Source: Psilocybe cubensis
Lineage: Eukaryota
NCBI GenBank assembly: GCA_017499595.2
Contig: CM039002.1
Coordinates: forward strand, 1,674,001 to 1,738,000
Length of the DNA stretch: 64,000 bases
Reading direction: 5' to 3'
Shown: positions 12,471-24,946 of the stretch, piece after piece
Position numbering within the stretch: position 1 is the stretch's first letter
How the letters are laid out: each line of letters starts with the position of its first letter
Translations under genes and position numbers: made by a program
Notes under the pieces: model-generated
What the model was told of the DNA's origin: nothing
Database searches by the model: none
The model's input: only the letters and a program-made list of their open reading frames with translations

Positions 12471-12696
12471 TTGTGACATGAACAGCGCCTCCATCTGCTC
12501 TGGGGGCGGAGGTGACACAAAACAAGCAGCCTTTGCGCTGCTGGTTTTCAGAGGAGATGGTAGTGGGGACTTGGACCTCTCCATATTGCTGGTTTGTCGA
12601 GGGTTGAGGGAGGATTTGGGGTGACACGGACCAACAACGTGGGGAGCTGCTGGTCGCCAAGGGTCAAGACGGCTCCGGCGGCATAAGCATTCAGAA

Positions 12697-13100
12697 CTCG
12701 TAGCCAAGATCTACACCATCCTTGTAACCTCCATATCTAAATGATATGGCGCATCAGAAACCTTTTTCAAGCCTCTCGCAGAAGACATCAGCTTGAAATG
12801 ACTCATACAGTACAACAGAGCACGCTCCTGCAGCTTCGCGACCTTGAATTCCAGCTTGGAGTGTAACGTGAAAGCCTCAGTTGTACATCGCCTCACGATT
12901 TAGAAAACACATTCCGACGGGAAATTCAGGGATGTGCCGATATCTACCACTGCAAACTGGATCATCAGTATGCCATTACAGATCATTTGCGTCCTTCGCT
13001 AAATGATTAAAAAAGGACAGCGAGTGGAAGGCAACACACCCTTTTATTTTTTTCTTCCACTCTACCAGGTGTGGTACTTCTGGAACCGATGAAGTAATGA
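12697..13100 (-). pseudogene. Truncated 5' copy of the SRA/YDG gene
   Basis: Inverted copy of about 4460-4870 that ends after the GGYxDxVDLGYE exon. The start codon position reads ATT. Confidence 0.8.
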
Positions 13101-13454
13101 TGATGGATAGAGGCAAAGAATGGGCATGGCTTGTTTGGATCCCTCGCACGCTAATTGAACAATTGTGGTCAACAGCAACGGTCTGGCTTGCAACTTTTCT
13201 AAGTATTAACTTGAGCGATACATCTCTTTCAGAGTTGCGGACCGTTTGTTCAAACTATCGATTATGGTAATAAAAGTAGCAACTTTGGCAGTATATCTAA
13301 GATTGAGTATTTACCTAGTATATACAGAGGTGGCGGGTGGTAGGGTCAGTGTGAGCTATGATGCCGCAATTTGGGGAGAATTTAAACCATAGTTTATTGC
13401 CACTTACTTGCGTATTCACGCGCGACAAGTACCTCCCACCTCCGACAAGGCGGA

Positions 13455-15304
13455 TCATGTATAGTTGATTTGAAATTTTTCGCCGTGGCCTCTGATGCTT
13501 TCACCTTGACGAACCAGATCCAAAATGGTATCCGTAGCCCAAACAGGTTCTGCTGATGAATGCCTTGAGTGAAGTCGATTTCGTAAATTGTCGAACCAGG
13601 AATTCTGAAAACAAATTAATAATAATTTTTACAATAGATCTCGATTTGCACACCAAGAAAAAGTTGTTGCTTTGTTTAGGGTTAAGAGTCAAAATCCCTA
13701 AACCCTCATCAACATCGTTTCAAAGCAGAAAAATAAAAAGGAGATAGCAACACACCGTCAGTCTCGACAATGAGACAGGATTTAAACATGGCCTCCAGCA
13801 GAGTGCCCCAATCAGAAATAAAGCCACTCTGCATACACCTAGAAATTAACGGTGCCTTGGAGAGTTTACCATGTCCAACCTTCTCATCAGTCTTTGCAAA
13901 TCTGGACCATGTGTAATCATCAACAAAAGCCAGTTTAGCATCTGGTCGCTGTTGACTCAAAGGTTCAGTTGGGGTCCGTTCTGGAAAACCTATGAAAATG
14001 TACCCTGGAAAACATATATTGAAGAATAAGATCCGATGGATGAAATGGATACTAAAGGTGTTGTCAGAAAAAGGCTCGGAAAGGTGTTTCGTTGCCACTC
14101 ACATTACGGACTTCGACATTGTTGTTTTGAGTAATGTCGCTATTCACACTGTCACTGTCGATACCGTGGTTTATCTCCTTGTTATTGATCTCAGCCTCAA
14201 GTTGAAGAGGCTCTTCGTCATCTATCTTGGCGGGAAGCACCAGGTCTGAGATAGGGGGAGTTGAGGGCAACTGCGAAACGGGGGTATTGTCGGAATCTAT
14301 TTCGTCGATTTGCACGTTCCACTCAAGGTCGGAAAGTGCAATCCGTATCCCGCGAATAAATAAACAACGTTCTTGAAGATCAACCCCCCCGTAGCTTCTC
14401 CCCTCATAAGATACGATGCCAGACTTACTGGCACACTGCATGTAATCATTTGAGAATTCGAAAGATACATGCCTGCTTCCCAGAAAACGTTTGTGGGGGA
14501 ATAGAGCCGTTGAGTGCGATGGTGCTTTATCGTATCCTGTGACAACATAAAGGCCACCGTTGGGAACGGAATACGAATGTCTTCCGTTGTTCAAATATTG
14601 CATCCAACGTTCAGCGTGTGTATTTAGGTGTTCCTGTAAGCGAGACATTCCTTTGAAGTCTTCTCTGCTGGCACCATCAGGCAGGACAACGGCGACCGCT
14701 TCTGGCTCTGAAGACTTGAACTTGAGGTGACTGTCGCAATTATCAGCGTTGAGTAGAGATATACAATTCCAGACGTACAGGGGAGACTCGGAAACCCGAG
14801 TGACATCGACACCATTACTTGCAATAACAGATCCAGGCGCAAAATAATCAGGTATTTTCAGAATCTCGTTGTCGGTGGGAGGATCTAGTGGGAAATAGCC
14901 CTCTGGCAGCTTATTTGGAAACAACTGGTTCAATGGATCGTTGCGCGGGAGAAAAAGATTGAAGACAAATATGAAGGTGCCGCTATCATTTATAAATCCA
15001 ACGTCGCCGATCTCTACAATTCGCTTGGAATAGGGATGTGGTAATTGCATTCTTTGGGCAATCCACGGTGGAAATCCATTGCCTAACATCGAAAGTCCAC
15101 GGCAATATATGTTTGAAGCGGTATGTTCGCGAGGTTCGATCAAGTTCGGAAAGCCAGCCACATGTTGAATTTTACTGGAAGCCTGCGGCACGCCAATGTC
15201 TTCTGAGAAATAGTAAATTCAGTTTGTGCCTCTATACACTTTTGAAGAACTTCACTAGAGCGGTTTGCAGTATTCGCTGTAAGGTTGCGTATGCTGGTTC
15301 TCAT
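13455..15304 (-). CDS. Family A copy A3, apparently intact
   Basis: ATG at 15304. ORF 14064-15191 covers the core. Downstream exons match A1 and end at ...GEKFQINYT-TGA (13455). Confidence 0.8.
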
Positions 15305-15613
15305 TGTCGAGCACTTGTCAACCCAAAAGGTTTGACACGTATGGAAGGCAGGCTTAGAAATGAGACGAAAAGAAGTTTGCCAGACAGCAGTCACCGGGGA
15401 AAGTGTAAAATGTGAACCTGTGGGAGTGCCACGCCTGCATCAAATGGACATGAGGGTCGTGAGACCTTGGTGAGACCAGAATATCTCGTTTACGAGAATT
15501 AATTTCGCGGACTATCTGGCGGAAAGTCCAGGGAAAGTACGGCGAACAATGCAGGTTCTAATATGTGACCACAAGTAAGATCGTTCATTGCCTTTCATGC
15601 TCTTTCCCATATG

Positions 15614-17214
15614 ATTCCCACGAGTGGGTTTCGTGGTTTAATTTTTCAATCGCCAAATTTTTGGCGCATTCAAGTTGGGCCGTGTCTCTGCAACCGGGCC
15701 GATTTCAAATTACATAAGCTCAGACATTTCACGGTCAAATCACTGGCTTGGCCAGTGTCCTACACTGTTAGTCTCGGCCTCCCATCCTCTTTCGGATCGG
15801 TTACCCAATATGGGTAACCCATCGTAAGAGTCTGGGTCACAACCAACGGTCGCAACATACCATTGGGTTCGTGGTTTTCTCGCATTTCCTTGGCACTTTT
15901 TCAACAACTGTACTGTCAAATCAAAGGTGATCTTTGCCTTAGAAATTCAAGGAATGGTCAACCATGTAATGGCATTGCTATTGTTTCTCCTAATGGCCTA
16001 TATTATGCACACAGGCATTCTCATAAAAAATGCTTTCCGTCTCGAAAGTGAAAATGGTTGATCCAACATTGCTCACAATACTTACAGTTATATTTATTAT
16101 GATTCTAAGTAAAGAGTAAAGTAGTATGGATCCTGTACATGTGTATAAAATAGTGGTAGGGGCAATAATGTTTTTGGCCAGCAGATATGCCAAGGAAATG
16201 CGAGAAAACCACGAACCCAATGGTATGTTGCGACCGTTGGTTGTGACCCAGACTCTTACGATGGGTTACCCATATTGGGTAACCGATCCGAAAGAGGATG
16301 CGAGGCCGAGACTACTACACTGTCATAATTAAACGTGTAAAAAGTGTCTGAGTTAACATGGACAAATAATTATGTAAACACAGAACCCTAACCTAACAAT
16401 CATATGAATTGATTATTTGGAGAAAATTATAGGTAATTTCGGCCAAGCCGGGGTCATGCAGCCGAAGGCGCATCTTCCCGAGTTCGGACTGATCCTCTTT
16501 TTTCTGTAGGGTGTCGTTGCTTATGGCCTCCTTTTTACCTTGAGAAAACGTCTGATGCGCCCCGTATACCTGTTGTTTGCTGTTTTGCTTACCTTTCTAT
16601 ACTTGTTCTTTGTTGTATCGCTTCCTATTGCTCTTCTTCCTCGCCTCATGCCTTTGTCATATGTCAAAATTTCTGCAACGCCCGTCTCCGTCTCTTTTAA
16701 TCCGGTTGTTTCTTATCATTATCTGTCTCAACATTTTTGTGCTTTGCTTCCAGGTTTCCCTGATATTGACCGATATCAAACGGTGACTTTTTCCACTCCT
16801 AACCTATATCTTACATTTGCCATGCAATTTGTCGCCTTGTCGGAGGAATTGGATGTCGACGCAGTCTTTTGTGCTAGTTGGTTGACTGTTTGTGAAGCGT
16901 AAAAAGGTGCATGTCTGCATTTTTTGTTGTATTCATCCTTATAATTTCGCAGTACCTAATCCTCGACGATGTTTTTTTTTGTATACGGATTGCTTAATTA
17001 CATGCCTTAGAACAATATTCAATGACGTACCTACAAATTGCTCAATTACATGCACCATCATTGACATAGAATTGACCCATAAAGACGTTGATCTTATTTT
17101 TTTCTTCTTTCGCTAATCCTTCCCTTCAATAACATATACTTTACCTCTCTTAAAAGCTATACTCTGCCAAACAGTCGTGGGCATTGCCGGTTTCAACCGG
17201 CGTCACCGTGAATT
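15614..17214 (+). mobile_element. 1.6-kb insertion, Helentron/Helitron2-like non-autonomous element
   Basis: Absent from the paralogous site near 1995. The 5' end ATTCCCACGAGTG matches the sub-terminal CAGTCGTGGGCAT (17172-17184) as an imperfect inverted repeat (11/13). A hairpin GCCGG-TTTCAA-CCGGC (17186-17201) follows, about 13 bp before the end. No clear target duplication. Confidence 0.55.
15769..16314. mobile_element. MITE (about 546 bp) with roughly 127-bp TIRs and a 9-bp target duplication CTACACTGT; Mutator-like
   Basis: 15769-15895 is a near-perfect inverted repeat of 16188-16314. CTACACTGT lies at 15760-15768 and 16315-16323. The interior is AT-rich and non-coding. Confidence 0.92.
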
Positions 17215-17723
17215 ATAGATTGTCCTCGAAATTGAGTATCCACCAGATGCGGACGGCAGATACGGTGCCCTCACCTGACCTAGAGAGCGTGGGAGACGCG
17301 ACTTTAAAAAAAACGTTGACTCCCGCGTTGCTCCCGCGTGCTTGGAGACTCACTAATCGTTACATCCTAATCATCCCTAATCGATAATCTCCAATCCATA
17401 CCGAGTCTAGTATGCCATATAAAATATTGACAAGATATGCTGCTCCGAACATAGCTGTTGCACATATACATGGTCATACCCACCTTTTGGCAAAATACAT
17501 GCAAAATACCCACCCGGAAATTTGCCAAAGCCTACTTAGCGATGTTTTTCCCCACTTGCGGAGTCAGAAATTGAATGCATACATCTTGAAAAGTAAGATC
17601 ATGATAACGAAGATAACGCTGACTGATTAATCCTCGTGTTTTCCGCATTCTATAACACCTGCTGCTTCTCCCTTCATAAGTCTTCAGACCTGTGTAACTG
17701 AAACTCAACCTCAATTCCTTAAG

Positions 17724-19803
17724 ATGTCATCTCAGACAGAGCCCTCAGGACAGAGAGCATTTCGCCCCCTCCCTCGTGGTATGTGTAACATAACTAGCAT
17801 TTCTATGCTTTTTGGTGCTCTGATTGTAACTGATTATACCATGCTTTATCATCCCATCGCATCAGTGGATCGCACTGGAGAGCACACTGACTCGGAGGCA
17901 TCTCAAGTAACGGTTGAGGTAAGTACTCTTAAAACCTTGCTCGTCTAAATTCATTGATGGAGAATGTACTAGTCACTTGGGGATTCATTCGATACCCTCG
18001 GAGTTGATGATACCATATCTGAAACTATTTACTACTCGGAGAGGGAGCGTCCTCCTACGTACTATAGCACCAGGGTTACCGAGGTTGTACGGTCTTACTC
18101 TATCCCTGTATGTGCTTGGGTTCATTTGAGGAATGTGTTCTTATCTGACAGCATCGTTGACGTTCAGGAGGATAGTCAAATTTCAACAAACTGGAGACCT
18201 GGAGCAGGGTACCCACATCCTGACATTGGTCAGTCGTTAACCGTTTTAAGTCACGACTACGGAAACCAGGTAATTTGGCAATTATCACGATTATGCTTAA
18301 ACATAAATTGTTGTCATAGAGCGGTAACAATGTTGCTGGTAATGCAGATGCGACTGCAATTACCAACCTTGGATATCATGACGTACCAACCCCCAATTCC
18401 GAGCACAACAGTCCAGGGATTTATGACAGCTTTGTACATGTGCGTGATTAACATATTTGACTACATTTACTGGCTAAATTTACGGAATCTAATACACAGA
18501 CTCCGACGGGGGCAATAACAGGAGAACGTGAATCAAATACCATGATTCTCAGCCCTGTTCGGAGACAGAACTATGACACTGCTCCGATAAGTAAGTCTCC
18601 AACTTTTAGTACGGTGTAAACGTGATTATATTGAATAATTCTCTTCAACAAACCTTTTTTCAGACACGTCGTCGTCGTCTGGGAAGACGCCTTCGCGTTC
18701 AACGCTTTCGTTCTCTCTGACAGGCTCCAAATCTTGTTTGTGTTAAATTTTATGAAGTTTTTTCAAATATAATCATTAACTTACAGCACCCCACATTATA
18801 GATACCAAGTACATCAACAAAATGGAGAAAAAAGTATGCCCATTTAGTAGTCACACAATTTAATGTGAACATGCGCTAACACAAACCTCTATCTATCGCA
18901 GGATATACCATTAACCGGCAGGCCTTTGGCCTACATGCAATCCAATGTATTGGATACACAAGATTGTTTTCCCCTCTGGATGCATGTGCTAGCCACATCC
19001 TTGCAACCTGGAGACGTAGGAATCTTCGACGAATATGGAACTTTCTGCAGCCACTTTAACATCTCTCTCACATGGCAGCAGAATTGCGAGCGTTTTGGTC
19101 GAGATCCTCCGAATGGGTTTAAGCCATTTGGGAACATCAATGTGCTCCCCACATCATATATCCCTGATTTCATGAACCGCACTGAGGGATTTCAATCTTT
19201 TGACCGAACTTTTGATACGTATGGATCTCAATCCAGGTACGTTTTATTATTGGCAAAGTTTTTATGTTCTGATTATTGACAAAATGAAGGTCAAGATTCA
19301 AATTCAAGCTTATACCAGACCTGTGTGACGAAATTGAGGCAGCACTCATTTTTCCCGATAGGTTGCCTTGCTCGAAGAACTACGCCTCGGATTTGTTTAC
19401 TAACCTCAAAAAGGAAGAAGGGGTGGATTACCTTAAGGCCCAGGTCGACAATTGGTACCATCATATATCCTCCCAGATATCGCACGAAGTCAAGAATGCT
19501 CATCTTATTCTTATTGAGAGGACGTACACAACAGGGCAATGTGGCCAGGTGCTTTACCGAAGAGACCGGAATAAGAGAGTTGACAAGGGTTTTATTGAAG
19601 GGGTTTTTGAACCAAGGCCGACAGGTACTGATGCTCAAGGCCAACCATGGTACGAGTATGAGTGGACGGTGGTGGGGGATGGTTCTGGGAAAGTCTGGGT
19701 GAGGGATAACAAATCAGGAGGTCACGGTGTGGGTGGACCTGACAAAGAATATTGTATTGGGATCTCTGCGCTCACTCTGACGAAAAAGAAGAAATTATTC
19801 TGA
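17724..19803 (+). CDS. Family B copy B2, complete: Ser/Thr-rich disordered N-terminal arm plus C-terminal putative gasdermin-like domain
   Basis: ATG at 17724. Short exons splice in frame (...NYDTAPI/NTSSSSGKTPSRSTLSFSLTGSKS/SPHIIDTKYINKMEKK/DIPLTGRPLAYMQS) into ORF 18926 (FPLWM..LQPGDVGIF..G.F..HFNI). After an intron at about 19237-19289 it continues EAALIFPD...NWYHHI...HLILIERTY...YCIGISALTLTKKKKLF-stop. Confidence 0.75.
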
Positions 19804-20277
19804 AGAGAAAGACGGTATTATTATCTTTTGTGATTCGCTTCTAGAATAAAGTTATCATTTTGGCACATTACGCCTTACACCTTTTGATTCAAAAAACAGG
19901 TAGAAGCTTGAGATGAAGAAATTGATAGCTAGGAGCATGAACATGGGCAATGCGGGTGAACACAGCCTAGACCCCTTCAATATTCCTTACTGGCGCTCCA
20001 GCATGGGTGCGGCGGCAGACTCTTTCTGACATCGTCCGTTTGTTGAAGTTATTTATTAATGCAAATACTTTAAGGCTGTGGCATTCTGTGCCATACATTT
20101 ATGAAATGAATCAATGGTGTATGTAGTACAAGAGTTGCACGGTGGGAAGGGTCAGTAATGAGTTGCAATGCGGCCAATACTAGATGGAGAAGAAGTTGAG
20201 AATAGGTCATAATTTGCTGCAACATACTTGGGCATCCACGTACGATGAATAATTATAATGTGCTGAGGCATTCACAT

Positions 20278-22099
20278 CTAATTGATCACAAATTTCTGTC
20301 CCGGGCCTCTTATGCTTTCACCTTGGCGAACCAGGTCTACGACAAGGGCCGTAGCCCAAACCGGTTCTGGTGATGACTGACGTGACCGAAGTTGCTTTCG
20401 CAGACTGTCAAACCAGATTGTCTAAGGAATATTTTGGAGTCTGAATAGTTTACTTAAGAGATCTCAATGTGCATACCATGCTAAAGTTTTTGCTTTGCTT
20501 TGGGATAAGATTCAAAATCCCTAAACGCTTATCAACATCTTCGTAAAGCAGAAAAAAAAGAGATAGCAACACACCGTCAGTCTCGACAACGACATGCGAT
20601 TTAAATATGGCATCCAACAAGATGCCCCAATCAGAGATAAAGCTATTTTGCTTGCATCTAGAAACCAATGGAGCCCTGGCGGGTTCATGAAGTCCAACCT
20701 TCTGAGAAATCTTTGCAAACTGCGACCATGTGTAATCGTCAACGAGAGCTAGCTTGGTATCTGGATGCTGTTGACGCAAAAGGTCAGTTCAGGCCGGCTC
20801 TAGAAACACTCATGAAATGCACCGTGGAAAGCATAATCTGGAGAATAAGGTCTGATGGATGGAATGGATACTAAACATTGTCAGAAACAGTCCCAGAAGA
20901 TTGTTTGGTTACCTCTCACTTTACAGACTTGAACTTCATTTTCTTGAGAAATGTCGCTATCAATAGTGTCCGTGCTGCAGGTATTATTGATGCGGGTCTC
21001 AAGCTGGAGGGGCTCTTCGACATCTATTTTTGCGGGGAGTACCTGGTCTGAGATAGGGGGAGTCAATGGTAATGGCGAAATGGGGGTGTCCTCGGAGAGT
21101 CCTTCGTCAATTTGTATATTCCATTCGGGGTCAGAAAGTGCTATCCGTATCCCGCGAACGAATAAACAATGCTCTTGAACATCACGCCCGTGGTCTCTCC
21201 CTTCATAAGAGTCAATACCGAGCCTACTGGCAGGTTGCATATAACCTTTTGCGAATTCAAAAGACGTATGCCTGCTCCCCAAGAAGTGTTTGTAGGGGAA
21301 TACAGCCGTTGAGCAAGTTGGCGCCTTGTCACATCCTGTGATAACATAGAGACCACCATTGGGAACAGAATATAACGTTCCATTGCTCAAATATTGTATC
21401 CAACTTTCAGCGTGCGTCTTTAGGTATTCCTGTAAGCGAGATAGTCCTTTGAAGTCTTCTCTGCTGGCACCATCCGGCAGAACAAGAGCGACCGCTTCTG
21501 GCTCTGAAGACCTGAACTTGAGGTGACTGTAGCAAGTATCAGCGTTGGGTAGATATGTTTAACTCCAGACGTACAGGGGAGACTCAGAAACCCGAGTGAC
21601 ATCGACACCATTGCTTGCAATAACAGATCCAGGCGCAAAATAATCAGATATTTTCAGAATCTCGTTGTTGGTGGGAGGATCCAGTGGGATGTAGCCCTCA
21701 GGAAGCCCCTTTCGGAATAATTGGTTCAAGGGATCGTTACCCGGAAGAAAAAGATTAAATGAAAATACAAAGTTGCCGCTGTCGTTTAGATATCCAACAT
21801 CACCCACCTCAACAGTGCGTTTGGAATATGGCTGTGGCATAAGTATTCTAGAGCCAATCCACAATGGAAATCCGTTGCCTGACATCGAAAGTGTACGGCA
21901 GTATATGTCTGAAGCGGTATGTCTGCGAGGTTCAATTAAATTCGGAAAGCCAGCAACACGCTGTATTTTATTGAAAGTCAAAGGTGCGCCATTGTCCTCT
22001 GAAAAACAGTCAATTTCAATCCTGTACATTTTATTGGTAAAATTCACCATGTCGCTTTTCAGCATTGGCTCTAAGTTTCGGGACGCGGAGTTTTCTCAT
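20278..22099 (-). CDS. Family A copy A4
   Basis: ATG at 22099 (MRKLRVPKLRANAEKRH). ORFs 21559-22065, 20881-21390 and 20450-20779 match A1 exons. Ends EPVWATALVVDLVRQGESIRGPGQKFVIN-TAG. Confidence 0.8.
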
Positions 22100-22294
22100 A
22101 TTTGAGTGGCACTTGTCAACCAACAAGTTTTCACACGTATGGAATATAGGCTTAGAGCAGAGACGTCAGCGAGAGAGAAGTTACCAATTGGAAAAACTAA
22201 AAGTTGAACATGAACGGTTTAAGTGCCATACGGATTGGACGTGAGGGCCGTGAGACGATCATTACTTTGATGGCAATACTGCCTCGCTATTTGG

Positions 22295-22489
22295 CAAACA
22301 CATTCCGATGGGAAATTGAGGGATGTGCCCATATCTACCACTGCAAACTGGATTGTTTGTATACTATGACAGAACATTGGCACCGTTCGCTAAATAATTG
22401 AAGAAAGACAACGATGCGCAGGCAACACACCCTTTTACTGTTTTCTTCCTCTCTACCAGGTGTGGTAGTTCTGGGACCGATGAAGTCAT
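22295..22489 (-). pseudogene. Second truncated 5' fragment of the SRA/YDG gene
   Basis: Homologous to 4464-4660 (MTSSVPELPHLVERKKTVKG...GRYGHIPQFPIG), then breaks off into the A4 upstream region. Confidence 0.75.
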
Positions 22490-22856
22490 GATGATGGATA
22501 GAGGCAAAGGATGGACATGGCTTGTCTGGATCCCTCTCACGCTAATTGAACAATTGCGGTCAGTGACAACGGTCCGGCTTATAATGTGACTTTTCTAAAG
22601 TATTGACTTGAGCGATACATCTCTTTCAGAGTCGCAGTCCATCTGCTTAAAGCTATTTATTATGGTAGTAAGAGTGACCACCTTTACAGTATATCTATGA
22701 TAGAGGATTTACGTAGCATAGTGGTGGCGGGGTGGGTATCACTGTGAGCCATGGTGCCGCGATTTGGGGAGAACTTAAACCATAGTTTATTGCAACTTAC
22801 TTGTGTATTCACGCCGCACGACGAGTGTCTCCCACCTCCGAGTGTGCCGAGCCGGT

Positions 22857-24706
22857 TCACGAGTAGTTGATTTGAAATTTCTCGCCGGGGCCTCTGATGC
22901 TTTCACCTTGACGAACCAGATCCAAAATGATATCCGTATCCCAAACAGGTTCTGGTGGTGAACGTCTTGAGCGAAGTCGCTTTCGTAATTTGTCAAACCA
23001 GGAATTCTAGAGACAGAAACAAAATAAGTAAAAGCTTTGACAATAGATCTCAATTTGCACACCAAGAGGAGGTTGTTGCTTTGAAGATTCAAAATCCCTA
23101 AACCCTCATTAATATTGTTTCAAAGCAGAAAAACAAAATTAAGATAGCAACACACCGTCAGTCTCGACAATGAGACAGGATTTAAACATGGCCTCCAGCA
23201 GAGTGCCCCAATCAGAAATAAAGCCACTCTGCATACACCTAGAAATTAACGGTGCCTTGGAGAGTTTACCATGTCCAACCTTCTCATCAGTCTTTGCAAA
23301 TCTGGACCACGTGTAATCATCAACGAAAGCCAGTTTAGCATCTGGTCGCTGTTGACTCAAAAGGTTCAGTTGGGGTCCGTTCTGGAAAACCTATGAAAAT
23401 GTACCCTGAAAAACATATATTGAAGAATAAGATCCGATGGATGAAACGGATACTAAAGGTGTTGTCAGAAAAAGGCTCCGAACGGTGTTTCGTTGCCACT
23501 CACATTACGGACTTCGACATTGTTGTTTTGAGCAATGTCGCTATTCACACTGTCACTGTCGATACTGTGGTTCATTTCCTTGTTATTGATCCCAGCCTCA
23601 AGTTGAAGAGGCTCCTCGTCATCTATCTTGGCGGGAATCACCAGGTCTGATATAGGGGGAGTTGAGGGCAATTGCGAAACGGGGGTATCGTCGGAGTGTA
23701 TTTCGTCGATTTGCACATTCCATTCAAGGTCAGAAAGTGCAATCCGTATTCCGCGAATAAATAAACAATGTTCTTGAATATCTGCCCCGTAGCTACGCCC
23801 TTCATAAGAGACGATACCAAGCTTACTGGCAGGTTGCATGTAATTATCGGAGAATTCGAAAGATGTATGTCTACTCCCTAAGAAGTGCTTGTAGGGGAAA
23901 ATAGCCGTTGAGTAAGTTGGCGCTTTGTCGCATCCTGTGATAACATAAAGGCCACCGTTGGGAACGGAATACAATTGTCTTCCGTTGTTCAAATGTCGTA
24001 CCCAAGATTCAGCATGTGTCATTAAGTATCCTTGTAAGCGAGATATGTCTTTTAAATCTTCCCTGCTAGCACCATTCTGCAGAACAAGAACAACCGCCTC
24101 TTGCTCCGAAGACCTGAATTTGAGGTGACTGTTGCAAGTATCAGCATTGATTAAGATTTGTACAATTTCAGACATACAGAGGCGAGTCGGAAACCCGAGT
24201 GACATCCACACCATTAGTTGCAATAACAGATCCAGGGGGGAAATATTCAGGTATTCTCAGAATCTCGTTGTCTGTAGGAGGATCCAGTGGCACATATCCC
24301 TCTGGCAGCGCCATTTGAAACAGCTGGTTCAAGGGATCCTTGCTCGGGTGAAAAAGATTGAATACAAATATGAAGGTGCCGCTATCATTTATATATCCAA
24401 CGTCGCCGACCTCGACAGTTCTCTTGGAATAGGGCTGTGGTAATTCGATTCTGGTGGCAATCCACAATGGAAACCCGTTACCTGACATCAAAAGTGTACG
24501 GCAATATATGTTTGAAGCAGTATGCTGACGAGGTTCGATCAAGTTCGGAAAGCCAGCCACATGTTGAATTTTACTGGAAGTCGGCGGCACGCCAATGTCT
24601 TCTGAGAAATAGTAATTTCAGTTTGTGCCTCTATACACTTTCAGTGAAGAACTTCACTAGAGCCGTTTGCAGTATTCGCTGTAAGGTCGCGTATGCTGGT
24701 TCTCAT
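22857..24706 (-). CDS. Family A copy A5
   Basis: ATG at 24706. ORFs 24168-24590, 23465-24223 and 23139-23360 match the family exon structure. Ends GEKFQINYS-TGA. Confidence 0.8.
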
Positions 24707-24946
24707 TGTCGAGCACTTGTCAAACGAGCGTGCATACAGATATTGAATGGAAATTCAGACCTATGCCAAAGAAGCGTGCATCGAACTGAGAGTGGAAAGC
24801 GCAAAATGAACGTGTAGGTGCCGATGTAATGAACATTACGGGCGTGACGGCCGTGAGATTATTTCTGACTCCGTACTGTAACGCCGGTGGCATTTCCGCT
24901 ATTTCTCTTAGATGCAAAAGTAACTAAATAATTTGTGCTAGTCCAT

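Noticed and set aside
16384-16398. Telomere-like AACCCTAACCTAAC
   Set aside because: Only about two imperfect units.
16540-16902. Hydrophobic 120-aa ORF inside the Helentron-like insertion
   Set aside because: It starts at TTG, is explained by T-rich composition, and has no recognisable motif.
17412-17630. 72-aa ORF in the A3/B2 spacer as a third module gene
   Set aside because: The paralogous sequence at about 1585-1800 has a frameshift and no matching start, so the frame is not conserved.
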